Source: the human T2T-CHM13v2.0 reference genome, Homo sapiens. Taken from it: a stretch of DNA of 64,000 nucleotides. Each line of letters starts with the position of its first letter. The stretch's first letter is position 1. Location of the stretch: the NCBI RefSeq assembly GCF_009914755.1, contig NC_060935.1. One strand, given 5' to 3'. Below the pieces are notes generated by a model. It was not told the origin of the DNA, did not search any database, and saw only the letters and a program-made list of their open reading frames with translations. A program made the translations under genes and the position numbers. Positions 15,157 through 30,200 of this stretch are shown piece after piece.

Positions 15157-17626
15157 CAAACATTGTCTATTCATGTCTCTTATCTGCTCCTGTGGGACCC
15201 CAAAAGCTCCTCCTGTCTACTTCTGCAAATCCTCAAAGACAAGTCTAGACTCACATTTGTTCAGGAATAGGACTGCTAATGTTCCCCACTTCTGGACTCC
15301 TCCACTTCCTGTAAGTTACTTGAGGTAACTTAACTCTGTATCCACCACTGGCATGCTCTGAGGAAAACCCACTACTGAAAACGTGTGTTTGGACCAATCT
15401 TGTGTGCATTTAATTTTTAAAACTACATAAAGGACGATTTAATAGTAAAGGACATTCATGATAACCGTTTGTAAACCAAAGGGTTATTTTATATTAGACA
15501 ACAAATACTCCAAGCTTCATTTATAAATTCATTCAAGCTGAATTGTATAGGAGATTTGCTCAATGTGTAGTTCATCCCGGGCTAAAAGAGCAAACTAGCA
15601 ATTACAGAGAGCTGTGTAAACCTGCACATGACAGTGCAGTGGAGCTGCACCGAGACATGCTTAGGACATGCAGAATAAATGAGTGATTTGGGTGATGTTC
15701 TTTGAATGTACCCCATTAGAATATAATCCACATCTGCCAAGAAGCAGCTTTAGTATAAACATTTAGTATTTATGCATTGTATCTGCTTGCAAGAAAAAGC
15801 AGTAGAAACTGAAAATGGCAATGGTCAATTATTTATCTTTCTCCTTCTCACTCTTTCATAACATAAAAAGGTAATTCCAAAATGACATTTTCCACATAGA
15901 ATTATCTCATAGACGACAATGTACACATACATACAAAATCTCCAACCTAAATGGTTTTCTCACTGGTGGCATTTCATTTCCTTATTTCTCTAGAAAACAA
16001 TATGGATGGTTTTCTCTGGGGGGAAAAAAAATACACCTCCAAGCTGAAATTTTAAATCTCCAAGAACATGCAAATCCTTTGCCATAAAAATAAAATTCAA
16101 GTAAATTCAAGACCCTTCCAGGCTAGTACTGTTCCTAGAATAACATATCATATAAGTTTCTCAGTATTTGAGGTTCTAAAAAGCAACTATATTAAAACTG
16201 CTACAAATTTGAATGTGTACTAGTTATACATGCATGTACCTGGCAATTATCAAAAATGACTGAATTTAACTTTATTTTGATCACATCTGCATATGAAAGT
16301 ATTGGTGCAAGACCATCAAACTGTGAACTGTAAAACAAGTGGCCAAGAATTAGTTTTATATCCTGTAGCTAACCATATACCTCCAGTCTATAAAGGAGTT
16401 GGGAGTGGCCAAGAGTTGGAGTAAGGGGTGAGAAAAGATTTTGAGAAAACTTTCATCTACCCATGGTGGGGATAAGATGCTCCTTTTTTCCCTGAAGCCC
16501 TGTAAAGAATGGCTTCTGGGTTAACTACGTTGTCTTCTTGAGTTTGGTGGCCATTGCATGTTGGTATCTTACTAATAACAGAGAAATCTAAAGAGTGAGA
16601 TACTGATTGGATTACCTACAGCAGTAGAGCCTCTGGAAATATTTTCAGAGTAAGTCAACTCCCACTTACAATGGGTCAGAGTTGCAGATTTGCTATGGAC
16701 CATTCGAGAGAGTGAGAGAGCGCAATTATATTTCTTTGTAACTGCACCCTCCAAGTTTTTTTATTTTAGCTTGATATTTGATAGATATACATATATACCC
16801 CTCCCATCCCCTTTCTGAGGTCCTTTCTGAGGCTCTCTTCCAGTTACAATCTATCACATTATAATCTGAGCTTCAATTTCCCTTTAACCCCCTCTTAATT
16901 GGCTTTCCATCACTGAATTTAGTATTGGACTGGATTGGAAGACGGTGAGAGGAAAATCATTGACTCTTGCTATCCTCACCCACCGCTCCTCAAGAATGGG
17001 CATTCTCCAGCTCTTCCAGAATCATGTTCTTCTCTATGTAGTTCTGCAACTCTAACTGAACCTAATCCTTTCTCATCTCCTTACACTGCAGTTTCTATAG
17101 AGTTTCTCACCACACATGTATCTTTTTACAACTATTAAAAGGTCATACCTCCAGTCCAGCAGTGTAAGGAGATGAGTGAAAGAGTTACAGAGTACAAAAG
17201 CAACTTCTACTGTTTAAGTACATTATTGTAAATATGCACAATATAATGCTATCTGGTCATTTCAAATGACATTTATGAAAACTCTGTAAAAACGTGAGAA
17301 ATGCTTATGGTAAAATAAAAAGTGAAAAAGCAATTTACATAACATATAGTTGTAGACCTTTTAATAGTTGTAAAAAGATATATGTGTGGTGAGAAACTGT
17401 TTAGAATAAAGCTAGCACTTGTGTTAAAATGGGGAAAGTATAAATATTCGTACTTCATTATGCATAAAAATATCTTCAGAATGATACACAAAAAATAAGT
17501 AGTTGTCTATTGGAGTTGAAGGTAAAACTGAGCAGTGGGGTACAGAAATTTACAAAAAAACTTTATACCTTGTTATTTTTTTTGAACCATGTGAATGTAT
17601 TACTTATTGATATTAATATTAAATAA

Positions 17627-17939
17627 GGCCGGGCACAGTGGCTGACACCTATAATCTTAGCACTTTGAGAGACTAAAGCAAGCCGAGAACTTGAGCCCAG
17701 GTGTTCAAGTCCGGCCTGAGCAACATGGCGAAACCTTGTCTCTACAAAAAATACAAAATAATTAGCTGGGTGTGGTGGTGAACACCTGTAGTCCCAGCTA
17801 CCAGGGAAGCTAAGGTGGGAGGATCCCCTGAGCCCAGGAGGTCGAAGCTGCTACAGTGAGCCGTGATTGTATCACTGCACTCCAACATGGGCGACAGAGT
17901 GAGACCGTGTCTTAAAAAAAGAAAGGAAAAAGAAAAGAA
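17627..17939 (+). mobile_element. Alu SINE (AluJ-like)
   Basis: diverged arms with TTGAGCCCAGG J-type sites; TSD AATATTAA(A/G)TAA. Confidence 0.93.
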
Positions 17940-18337
17940 AATATTAAGTAAATGCATGTGTGTGTGCATGTGTAACAGAAAGGTAATACACAAAGATGTA
18001 AGAATAGTGGCTGTCAGTCTGTATTGACAAATGGTTTTTCTTCTTTCTACATGTACCAGCTAAATTGTCCTCAATGGATGTAAGTTTCTTTTATCATTTT
18101 TAAAAATGCAATGAAATATTTTTGTCCAGCTATTTTTTAACTATTGCCTTGTTAAACAAGCTATAATCAATAATTTTCCAAGAAAGGAACAGAAAACTAT
18201 CATTTCTAGAGTCCCAAATTAATGTAAATAGCTGTGCCAAGGAGTTTGCATGCTTCCTGGGGCAAAATCCGCCAGAGCATCAAGACAGGATCCAAACAGC
18301 ATTCTGCTTTCATGGGGCTCTTTCATGTAGTGCCTAA

Positions 18338-18828
<491 letters not shown>

Positions 18829-19652
18829 TACCGCAACACGTCTCTGCTGCTTCTAGTGTAGCACAGAGTCCCCATCAGCATGAAAGGACTGTAGACCTCA
18901 GAGTGGTCCACAAACCAACTCACGCTGTAGAAATGATTAGCAATGTTATACTATTTTATTTTACTTAGTTGTCCCATTCAAAACTTGTGAGAAAAAAATA
19001 AAATTTTAATTTTAATAGATGGGACATATCAAACAAAAAGGATTTCTTATGACCTTTGAAACATCTTACTGTTTGGCATAAGTCAACTGCTTAGGATGAG
19101 CAAGTACTACTCTGCAGTTCCTCATTGGCCCAATCTGGTTTAGGTCTTTAACAGCAGTTGAGTTGAAGAAAACAACCGTTTCTTCTGGGATTAAGGTGTC
19201 CTCCTCATTTAGGACTAGAGCCAGTGAGTGAGAACACTTGGATTCTAGTCTTAGCACTGTCATTTAGGAGCAGCACGACTTTGGGCAAGTTATTATAGGC
19301 TCCTGGCTCTCAGACTCCTCATTTTTTAAGAGTAGCTCATGAGCTGGTAGCAAGAACATTCCGGCTGTAACATCTGAGGCTGATTACACTGACTGGGCAA
19401 GCTGCAGATGTCTGCCATATTTGTACTTTATCCTCAGAGCCTTGGGGAGCTACTGAAGGCTTAAAAATAGGAGAACAATACAATACAACATGAAGGGATT
19501 AACACAAGAGGATGAGAGGAAATCCCCCAGTTTGGCCAACAATTGGCCAAATGATATTTAACTATGCGCAGCTGCCAAACTTAAGTCAAATTTCACTTAC
19601 GGTAACCAGCAGAAGAGAATCATTCCAAAAAGCAAGGCCAGACTTGTGTTTA

Positions 19653-20040
<388 letters not shown>

Positions 20041-20204
20041 TCAGTTATTGCAAGTGTTTAAATGTTTGTATATGCTTGAATTATATTACACAGGAATTCC
20101 ATATCTGTAAACCAAACTCAGGCATTTCATATGCTAAGGCCTGTGATCAAACATTAAAATCTGATTCTAATTAACACTTCCCTCTTGGAATTAATAATGA
20201 CAAC

Positions 20205-20415
20205 AATTATTTATTGAGTATCTCTTCTGTGCTGGGTGCCTTACATGCATTGTCTCGATTTACTCTCCCAGCAACTGCAATGAGATAGATATTACCATCC
20301 CCATTTTATAAATTAGAAAGCAGACTCAGGGAGTTTAATTAACTTGCCAGAGGTTATACAGGTGGCTGAGCTGGATTTTGAACTCTGGTCTATCTGACTG
20401 CTTGGCTCTTAACTT
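20205..20415 (-). mobile_element. MIR SINE
   Basis: ATTTATTGAG...ATTACCATCCCCATTTTATA...ACTTGCC...TCTATCTGACT core. Confidence 0.8.
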
Positions 20416-22599
20416 CAGGCTCACTTAAAACAGAAAGCAAGCACAGGCAAATTTGCCAGTTGTTAGTCAATCAAAAATCATGCATATTAAATATCTAGAC
20501 AATCTGTAACCACCCATAAGTGTATCACATACTTGGTGAGGTGAGTCTCACTGTGAGTGACATGTCATATTTTATGGTATTTGTCTAAGAATGAATAATC
20601 TTGACTACAACCTTGCATATATTCTTAGATTGCCAGTTTTATATTCCCTTTGGATGCATATAGTTAAGATTTCAATATATATCCAAATAAATATGTTTGC
20701 TGTCATGCATAAGTAGTAGATATTGAACATCTATAAATTTACTTATTTTGTGTGTATTTAATTTCAGGATCATCTATCCATATGTGAATCTTTTTTAATT
20801 GATCATTTCTTAAAAAATAAGGTCATGGAAAGATAAATACATCTATGACTGTATTTCATAGGTACCACAGTGACATCTTGTGGGAAAAGCATGTTGAGTT
20901 GTTTCTGTGTGTTTTTGAGTATTTCAGAACTACATTTTCTATTGACAAAGAGGAAACTGTCATCTGACTGTGAATTTGAGATGTTGGCCATTAAAATATA
21001 GTCTTATACAAATTCAGGGTAATGGGTTTTTAATATCAATTTTCAATAAAATAATAAAATATTTCTGAAATATAAGTAGTCTAAATTGATGAAGTTATGA
21101 GAAACAGTCATGATAGCAAGAATGAAAGACTTTTAAATCAGTGAATTTTTAAAATAGTTGTTTCTGTTTTTAGAATGTGAATGAAATAATTTCCTCCACA
21201 GATGACCTTGGAATAATTTAATTTCAAAACAAACAGATGATGTTAGTTTTTCAACATTATGGAAACTCTTATTCCCCCCAGGATATCTTTTAAAAGTCTC
21301 AGTCAAGACTTATTAGCATAAGATTGTTTACCGAGTACAAAATAAATATCTATTGAGTGCTCACTATGTACAAAGAATTATGAAAGTCTTTAATCTTTTT
21401 TCTTAGTAAGATTTACTGGTTTGATAAACTGGCTAGAACATATTTGTTAACAAGGCTGAGGACTGATTTTATTCATGTGGGGATGAGTTTTCTTATTCTA
21501 TTTCTTTGCAGGTAATATGACATCATCTTTTTAATGACCTTGTAAGTGAAACAAAAACTGAGTGCTTTTCTTTTCTACTTCTATTGTTCTATTTTCTTTT
21601 GTATTTCTTAAGCCAGAACTTTAGTACATAGATGTTTGTTGCATTGTTATCTATAATATAATGATTCTATATGCATTCACATATGTGTTATTTTACTGTT
21701 ATTTTTAATACTATGAAACATTCTAAAAGGTTATATTAACTCAGGATGACAAAGCAAACATTCAAACTATTTTCCTTATATTTGATGTGTCTGCTAAGTC
21801 AGAAGAGATGTGATCATCGATTACAAAAGGGCCGCTGCCGGATACATCTATTTTATTTTCACTTACTTTATTGCTTACTTACTATGCATCAACACTAGAG
21901 GGCATCTGAGGACTGGGCTAAGTACAATGTGTTACTGTGAGTAAAACAAGCCTCTATTAAAATAACACTACAACATCTTCCATCAAAAGAGCTAATAGTG
22001 TTTGTGGCACAGATATGCAAAAATTACTTGATGATAGTTTTATAATGAACTTAGTAAATATGCATACGCTTCCTATTAGAATGTTAAATTAAAACACTCC
22101 TTTTCGATACAATGCAATAGCTAATTCTGTAATTATAATTAAATTTACAAATGCAAAGTATAGTAGTGGCAATTATGCATCAAATTGTATTTTCAGCTGC
22201 ACCTGTCTATATTTTAAAAGTCGGTATGCAGTTGCAAACTACTGAACATCTGAGAATGAATACAGAATTAGCTGGGCAAGGCTATGGTCTTAATTATTAT
22301 AAATACCCAGTCTGTCATTTTTTTAGCATATGTCACCCAACAATGATGTATTAAGTGCCTACTGTGTGTCAGGATACATCAGTGTTCTGGATTCACCTTC
22401 AAGGAGCTCAGCCTAGTAGAAGGGAGAGACAAGTAGACAGACAGATGAGGAAATGGGCCATAATAAACAGTGCAGTGATGGGGTGTGCACAGCAAGAGGG
22501 GGGAATCAGAACATAGAGGAAATGCTGCAGCCCTTCCAGGTAGTTTTCTTTTCCTGGTATGTGCCTGCCTCAGACTATAAAGATAGAGGCTAAAGAATA

Positions 22600-22830
22600 A
22601 ATGCTGACATACAAACGTGGTTTCAAATCCTGTTCCACCCTTTTACTAACTCTGTGACCTAAAGCAAGTCTTTTAGCTCCCCAACTTTGATTTCCTCTAA
22701 ATGAAGCAGCAATGATAATACAGGCTACCACAGAGGATTGCTGTGCAGACCAAAGATAATGCCTACAATGCACTTAATGCAACAGCTGGCACTTAATACA
22801 TGTTCACTATCATTATTACTATTATCACTT
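22600..22830 (+). mobile_element. MIR SINE
   Basis: TTCAAATCCTG...ACTAACTCTGTGACCT...TTTCCTC...GGCACTTAATA. Confidence 0.75.
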
Positions 22831-23053
22831 TCATGTAATGACCAACAGACCTGGAATACACTCCATGGTCCCAAGTTGGAGGCAACCAAGGTGGACACAG
22901 AGATCAGTTACTTTTATTGTTTCATGGTAGATGAGATCTGATGAAGGAGAATATGATGATCCTTTGGAAATAAAGGGATTGATGGTTACCCACAAGAACT
23001 TGGCTCCAATCTCTTCGCCATTCTAACCAGTAAATTTGTGTATTCTTTCTCAT

Positions 23054-23057
23054 TCTG

Positions 23058-23090
<33 letters not shown>

Positions 23091-23148
23091 GTTTCTCTTT
23101 CTCACTTCTCTCTGTTTCTGTCTCTCTCTCTCTCTATCTTTCTGTCTC
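23054..23148. repeat. (TC)n / (TCTG)n-rich microsatellite
   Basis: read directly. Confidence 0.9.
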
Positions 23149-24705
23149 ATACTGTTGCAGAGTATCAGTGTGGGAGGGAATCATCATTTTTTTTTTCTTT
23201 AACAGGCATTCAGGAATGAAATGTGTTCATTTTATGTCTGTGTGCTGCTTTGGTATTTAATGCATATGTCTCTAGCATAATATCAAACTTCAGTCTCAAT
23301 TTCCTGAACAATCTGTATATTTAGAAGACTGAACAATATTTCACAATAGTGTTTTTATTTTCTTAATCTTTTTTTTTAAGCATTTGCTCATAGCTGGAAA
23401 GGTGACCATAAAACCAAAACCAGATAGGAAAAACTAAGCCAAAGGAAAACCAAATTCTGATTACTAACAACTATTTAGATCGCATTTTATCAACTTATGA
23501 TTCAATGATGATGAGCCATATTTTGATAAGAGAATAACATCTCAGACCAAGCTTCCCTCTCTAATATCATAGATATTTGTATCATGACAAAGGATGAAAT
23601 AATCCCACACATTAGGGTGGAGAACTTATAGCTATTTTCCTTTCAGATTTAAAATTGCCTGTTTTAGTAGATCGGTATCATGTGTCCTTTGCCTTACGTA
23701 GAGAGTTACAAAATAGATTTCTCCTTCATAATCTCCTAGAGGGAAAGAACCTGTAAGAAGATCTGACCCTATTTTGCCTTCAGCTGACATATCTAGGCTA
23801 TATTTGGTAAGCAGCAAAAAATCTGGAGTGATTTTTAACCTTCAACTGGTGTGAGAATGACGGACTAACTTTATTTGAAATGGAAGCCAAGTGAATATCT
23901 CAAAATTATGACGTCTTTCCTCCCTCCCCATGGTGAATACCACCCCAACCTCCTTTTTTCAAATTAAAGAGTTCTTGACACTCATCTCCCGATCAAATCC
24001 ATTTATTTTCAGCTGATCTACTCCAAGTTGATCAAACAACTTCTTTGGTAAAATAAACTACTCACAAAGAGTTCATGGGTTGAGCATGAAAGAGAAGGAA
24101 AGCTGGGTAGAGAAGAAAGAAGGAGCAAGTGTTATTTGATGATTTATTCTGTTGTTTATTTTTTCCCTGTCAATACAATTGCAGCTAAGACTATGTTTCT
24201 GTCTCAGCGTATAAACTAGCTTTTCACAAGCAGCTTTATTTTAGTCATCTACATCACGAATTCATTTTTTGGCACCAGTTGAGCACACTAGCTCCTATTG
24301 AGACGAGCTACAGAGAAAGCAGGCCAGCGCTCCCTCTAACCTTGACAGTGGTTCAACTGAAATACTGTGGATGGAAATTCTACACAGATGCAGCATGTTT
24401 TTGTTCCTCCAGGGAATACCAGAGAGGGCTATGGAGTGAGTCACCTGGTGCCATTGCCTAGGAAGAAATGATCCCTGCATTACCTGCATTCTGGACCCAC
24501 TACCTTGAAAGCCTTGCCTTGCTCTATAGAACAATGAGGGGACCCAGCTTCGCATGCAAACTGTTTAAGGCAGTAGTCATTGTCCTGACACTTCTGTGGT
24601 TTACTCTATGTCTCAACACTCCTTGAAGTATTTCTTTAACTCACATCACTCTTTAGACATGCCTTTGGTTTCTGAGCTTATACAATATTTTCCTATGATC
24701 AGCAG

Positions 24706-24766
24706 TGTATTAGTTAAGGCTCTCCAAAGAAACAAAAGCATAGGAGATAGATAGATAGATAGATAC

Positions 24767-24807
<41 letters not shown>

Positions 24808-25322
24808 GATCAAGTATATATATATATATACTTGATATATGTACTTGATATATATATATATAAGTATATATATACAGAGAGAGAGAGAGAGATGAGGAAA
24901 TTTATTATAAAAATTGTCTCACACAAGAAGTCCTATGATATGCCATCTGCAAGCTGCAGAACCAGGAAAGCTAGTGGTATAATTCAGTCCAAGTCCAAAG
25001 GCCTGAGAACCAGCAGTGGAGGGGTCACTGGCTTAAGTCTGGAGTCTGATGTTTGAGGGCAGGGGGATTGATGTCTCAACTCTAGAGGAGAAAGTGAAAA
25101 TTCATGCTTCCTCCACCTTTTTGCTCAATTTTGACCTTCAAGGGATTGGAAGGTACACAACCACATTGATGAGGGTGGGTGGATCTTCTTTACTTAGTCT
25201 ACTGACTCAAATGCTAATCTCTTCCACAAACACCCTCACAGACACACTGAGAAATAATATTTTACCAGCTATCTGGACATCCCTTAGCCCAGTCAAATTT
25301 TCACATAAAATGAGACATCACA
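24706..25322 (-). mobile_element. ERVL solo LTR (MLT2B-like), complete
   Basis: TG...CA termini, exact 5-bp TSD AGCAG (24701-24705, 25323-25327), MLT2 motifs AATTCAGTCC.AGTCCAAAGGCCTGAGAACC and AAACACCCTCACAGACACA. Confidence 0.9.
24743..24892. repeat. compound microsatellite (GATA)n-(TA)n-(GA)n
   Basis: read directly, inside MLT2. Confidence 0.95.
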
Positions 25323-25781
25323 AGCAGGGTTGAGCTTCAGAAATTTAGAATTTCTTTCTTCAACAACAACAACAACAAAAAAGCTTCTTTTTTAGTCTTT
25401 CCAGTTGACTGAGATCTTCGAGAAAACAACTTCTAAACTTCTGTGTATAATCATCCGGCCTTTACTTAAACAGTTCTCACCTCAACCACCATTCTCCCAC
25501 CAACCCACTGCCTAAGACTCCTACCTTCTTCCCTACACACCCTTAATTAAAGCCACACATCTTTCAGGCAGTGTAGCTCATCAAATATGATTGAATGCCT
25601 TCTCCATCCCAGGCTGGGCATTAAGCATTGCAGGGATGCAAAGATAATGAAAGCAGTCCCTCGCATTGATTGGTGTTCTATAGTGAATGCCTGCTTATAG
25701 AATAGGGGCCCTTAATGTGGAAGCCTAAGGATGGGATTTGAGCAGACAGGATGATGACACAAGGCATGAATCTCCTGAATA

Positions 25782-25784
25782 TGT

Positions 25785-25826
<42 letters not shown>

Positions 25827-25829
25827 GTG
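25782..25829. repeat. (TG)n microsatellite
   Basis: read directly. Confidence 0.95.
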
Positions 25830-26999
25830 ATGAACATTTTTGTGGGGTGGGCAATGTCTTTCGTGGTGTATAGGAAACGCATACCACAAAACACCAGATA
25901 TGTTCCCTGTCCTGTGGAATATAAGGCAGAAAGCCTTATATAGTGATGAGCAGATGGGGCAGAGTCAAAGAGATGGAAGGAAGTTTATGGTGGAGCTATC
26001 ATTTAGATACTTAGTATCACAATTAATATTAAATATACCCCTTCTGCTTCCCCATTATTTTTTACTGTTGTCAGCTGTTAAAAAAACTTTAAGAAAAACA
26101 TCTAACATAAACAAAATTTTATTTTTACATACAAAATATTTTTAAGAGCATATAATTAAAAGCATTAACATTTTCTTATGCCTGGTGGCTTTTTAAAAAA
26201 AAAGTTTTATAATGTCATTACAGTTTTACCTATTCCTGAACAAAGATGATTCAAATAGCACTCCCTGACAGATAGTACCTCATCAAAGCACCTCAGATAA
26301 CTGTGGCAAAATGAAGGATACATACAGCATCAGAACCTTAAATAATCAAAAAATCATATAACTTTATTATATCCCATTTAGAAGGACAGAAATAATATAG
26401 TTATTGAAACCCTAATTCCCTCAGGAGAAACAAAAAGATGAATCAAGAATTACCTGTGTTTTGAGGCTGTTTTTCTAGTTTCATTTCAACTAGCAAAGTT
26501 AGGTGGTAACATGCTTTTTTGTTTTGAGCCAAAATTGTCGTTTTAGTTGGACTGACCCAGAGGCAAAGGGTTGGACTCTTACAGAGGCACTGGGTTTGCA
26601 CAGGGCACCATTCCTGGTATTGTGTGGAACTCCAGCCGGACCTGCTGACTGGTTCAGGGGTCTCCTGCCCAGAACACTTCCTTAAATGTGAAACTGAGAC
26701 ACAAAAGTGGAACTACTTGCCAGTCAAGCATATTACCACATCACATTGCTTTGCACAGCCTCCTTATGAACCAAATGTTTGCTTACTGCCGGGACATGTG
26801 AGACAGAGCATCCTGGAGGAGTCACAGTTGGAACTGAGGCTTGAAGCAGTTCCAGCTTTCGGAGGACAGTGAATGTTTCCTCACCACATCCTGTTTATGA
26901 CTTTGCGGAAGGCCCCCACCAACCTCATGAGGGTCCTTTTACCATGTGGCATTGAGCCTGCATTCCCCCCAGGACATCAAGTTCTATGACCCCGCTAAT

Positions 27000-28325
27000 G
27001 CCTCCCATTCCGGCAATCTTAACATGCCTAAAACTAATCAAAATGCCAGCCTTTGTGATTCTCTCTTCTCTTTCCTTACTGCTATGTGCTCCCTCTCTCC
27101 TGAATTTTCTCTTCATTGCCTTTTATCTTTCCTAAGTTTTCCCCCTGTGAGTCTGCAAAACCATCTTTCATTGTAAACAAAATTCCCAACACCCTCCCAA
27201 ACATGGCACAAAATGTGGTCTTCTCCCCCAACATCTGATTTATTCCTAGACCCACTATATCCTGGGAGACATTAAGCAACTTCACTTCCCTCACCATGTT
27301 GCCCAAACTCTATGGCATTTCATCAGCCATTCTTCCAGCACTTTCATCGTTCCAGCCACCTAGCTTCTCCACGATGGTGACTCTGTAAAGTCCCAGTCTT
27401 GGATCAACCCACCTACTTGTCTTCTCTACTCTTACATTTACTGAATATGGTTGCAGAAAAGTCATCCACCTGTTCAGGCGAGCACCATTACGATATCAAG
27501 TCTCTCCAAGTGTCAAACTTGACCATTTTCTCAAGCTCCCTTTTTCCCTTTTTTTCTTCTTCCTCTTTCAAGCTTCCTTTTAGGTTAATCTGACCTTCTA
27601 GTACACTAAGAAAAATCCAGGCTATAAGATTTATATGCCCTCAATTACTTGTAGCTGCATTGTAGTATGTTGGTATCAGAACCTCACATTCACCTCCAAA
27701 AGGGTATCCTTTTTGCTCTAGACTAACCTGTTTCCCTGTACTCTGATCTTCCCTTCTATCTCCTAAGAGGTGGCTTCATTATGTATATTCTCCCCTTTCT
27801 CCTATAGCTATGGCCATTCCCTCTCAACTGGCTCTTTTATGCCAACCCATGAATATATTCTATTCTCCAATTCTGTGGAGGAACCACGCAATTCTTATTA
27901 ATTGTATATGATTCTCCCTCTAGATGTCATCCATTTTATCCCTTGAAATAGAGCTTCTTGAAAGAATAGATTTACACTTTATTGCTTCCATATCCTAACT
28001 CCTTTTCACCCCTTAGCCTATAGCAAACCATATCCTATCCCCAGAACCCCACTGACACTGCCCTCAGTGAGATCATCAATCATCTTCCAGGTGCTAAGCA
28101 CAGAAGGCTTTTCTCAGTCATCTTCCTCAGCCTCTCCATGCCTTATGACTCTGTTAACCTTTCCCTCCCTTTACCTCTCTTGGCTTCCTTGATGTTGCTC
28201 TATCCTTACTTGATACCTTCTCTCTGGCTGATCTTTTCCAATTTCCTTCAAGGACTACTCTCTTTCTACTCACCCCTTAAATGTTGGTGTTCCTCAGGTC
28301 AGTGGCTCCCAATCTTTTTTACTTT
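27000..28325 (+). mobile_element. L2 LINE relic
   Basis: CT-rich L2-like text, e.g. TTCTCAGTCATCTTCCT, CCCCTTAAATGTTGGTGTTCCTCAGG. Confidence 0.6.
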
Positions 28326-28326
28326 G

Positions 28327-29010
28327 TAGTGTACATAGATAATGAAACTATTTATATAACATTCAGGGATAAACTGGACACTCCTTGGTGATATCTAAAG
28401 GGTGCCGGGTTAAAAGAAAAAGGAATTACCTTCATTTTATATTGTATTATTTATGGTAGGAAAAATAAAATAGAAAGAACTAGAAAAGTTTTTAAATGTT
28501 AAATTTGTTTGAAATTCCCAAATATTTTTTAATCTTTTTATTCTTGAAATGGCTATTCACAATTTCTTGTCAAGACTTTATCATCATAATTTTTTCACTG
28601 GGTAGTAAACATCAACAGGAAACTTCACTGTCACAGTAGGTGCTAAAAATATTTTTAACATTTGACAACCATTCAAATCTTTGCAACAGTTATTATATTT
28701 CAGGAATTGAATAGCTCTTCCTTTTCTTTCACTGACAAATGTAACATTAAAATTTCTTATGCAAACGTGAATTTCTAGTCTGACTGATCTGTTTCTTATC
28801 AAGGATTCCAAAATGGTGGCATTCTCATCTGAAGTACTTGCAGTACTCCAGACAATTTGGATTTCATACTGGCCATAAACTGACAGAATTATCCACAGTG
28901 TGTGAAGTCAGAGATTTGGGGTAGCCACCAAGAGTGACACCTACCTCCCTGTCTCGCCTCCCTACCACCCTCTCACCTTCCGTCTCTCTCAACTGGCCAT
29001 ACCTAGAGGT
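28327..29010 (-). mobile_element. possible ancient hAT DNA transposon relic
   Basis: AT-rich block interrupting L2; minus-strand translation MLKIFLAPTVTV resembles the hAT C-terminal dimerisation motif (L.IxLT.PVT..S.ERSFS). Confidence 0.35.
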
Positions 29011-29434
29011 ATTTGGGTACCTATACCATCAATCCCCCAGCAACACTACAGTTGGCAATTTCCACGCTGAAGAAAATGTCTGCAACAGATATTGAAATGG
29101 TAGATTATTTCTGAGTTTTGCAGCAAAGCTAGAAGCTAGAAGACCTTCATCATGCTAGCCAATTTCAAAGACAACCACATAAGCTGTTAGAAGCACTATG
29201 TTCCAACATCCCACTGAGGACCCCTGGAAATGGCTGCCACATCTGCAGGCAATCTGCCTAGGGATGCTGGACACTGCTTCTCCTATCCAACTTTCCTAAA
29301 TGTGAAGGAATTACTATCTCACAGAAAATTGGTACCATGTTATACCAGGCAGAAAGCTCTGCCGTTGAGCTATGTCCTCAGCCCTCTTCCCATTATATAA
29401 AGTCTTCTAGAAAGAGGACATCTGTTTTTATGAC

Positions 29435-30200
29435 TGCAACAGCCTCTTGTGTGTTGGTAATTCCTAGACCTAAATGTCTGTGTTCTGAACTGGAGACCTG
29501 TATCAGGATGTTTCCATTTGGATGTTCCACGGTCTAGAATGTCCAAAATTTAACATACTCTCTTCCCTTACACTGAATTCCCCTTCTCAGTAAATGGCAA
29601 CACCATGTTTCAGTTACAGAAACTTAAGAGTCACTCTCAGCCCTTCCCTGTCCTTCACCAACTATATATCATTAGTCATCAAATTGTGTCTACTTTGCTC
29701 TCAGATACATAGTTCCTTCTCTTAAGCCTCACAAAATGCCTTTACTGAATCACTAAAACCACCTCCAAGCTGATCTTATTATCTCCAGACTGCCCCTCTA
29801 AACAGCCAAACAGCCAGCCTCGTAATTTTTCTAAAGAGTAAATCTAATCATGTAACTCCCCAGCTTGGAGTCTTTAATAATACCCCATTATCTACAAGAT
29901 AAAGCCCAAATTCCTTAACATGAAATACAAAACCCGCTTAAATCATCTCTCACCATTCCTTCCCCATATTCTACAATGAACTCAGTAGTTTTTTGAATGA
30001 GCCCTGCTTTCTTGTCTCCATGACCCATGGTGATACTTCTGCCAGAAATGCCCTTCCTTTCTACCCCACTCCATTTCCTCACTAGGATGACTGCCAGCTG
30101 TCTTTTCAAACTCAAATCAGCTGCCATTTCCTCTGGGAAGACTTGCCCAGTTATTCTAATCTCCATCACCTCTGCTGGGAGGATCCATTCTATTCTGTCC
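29435..30200 (+). mobile_element. L2 LINE relic (continuation)
   Basis: TCTGAACTGGAGAC...TTCCATTTGGATGT, CTCAGTAAATGGCAACACCAT, AATCTAATCATGT. Confidence 0.7.

Noticed and set aside
29341-29385. Minus-strand GGGCTGAGGACATAGCTCAACGGCAGAGC resembling a tRNA-Ala 5' half/A box
   Set aside because: No B box, T-arm or acceptor-stem complement; too short to exclude chance
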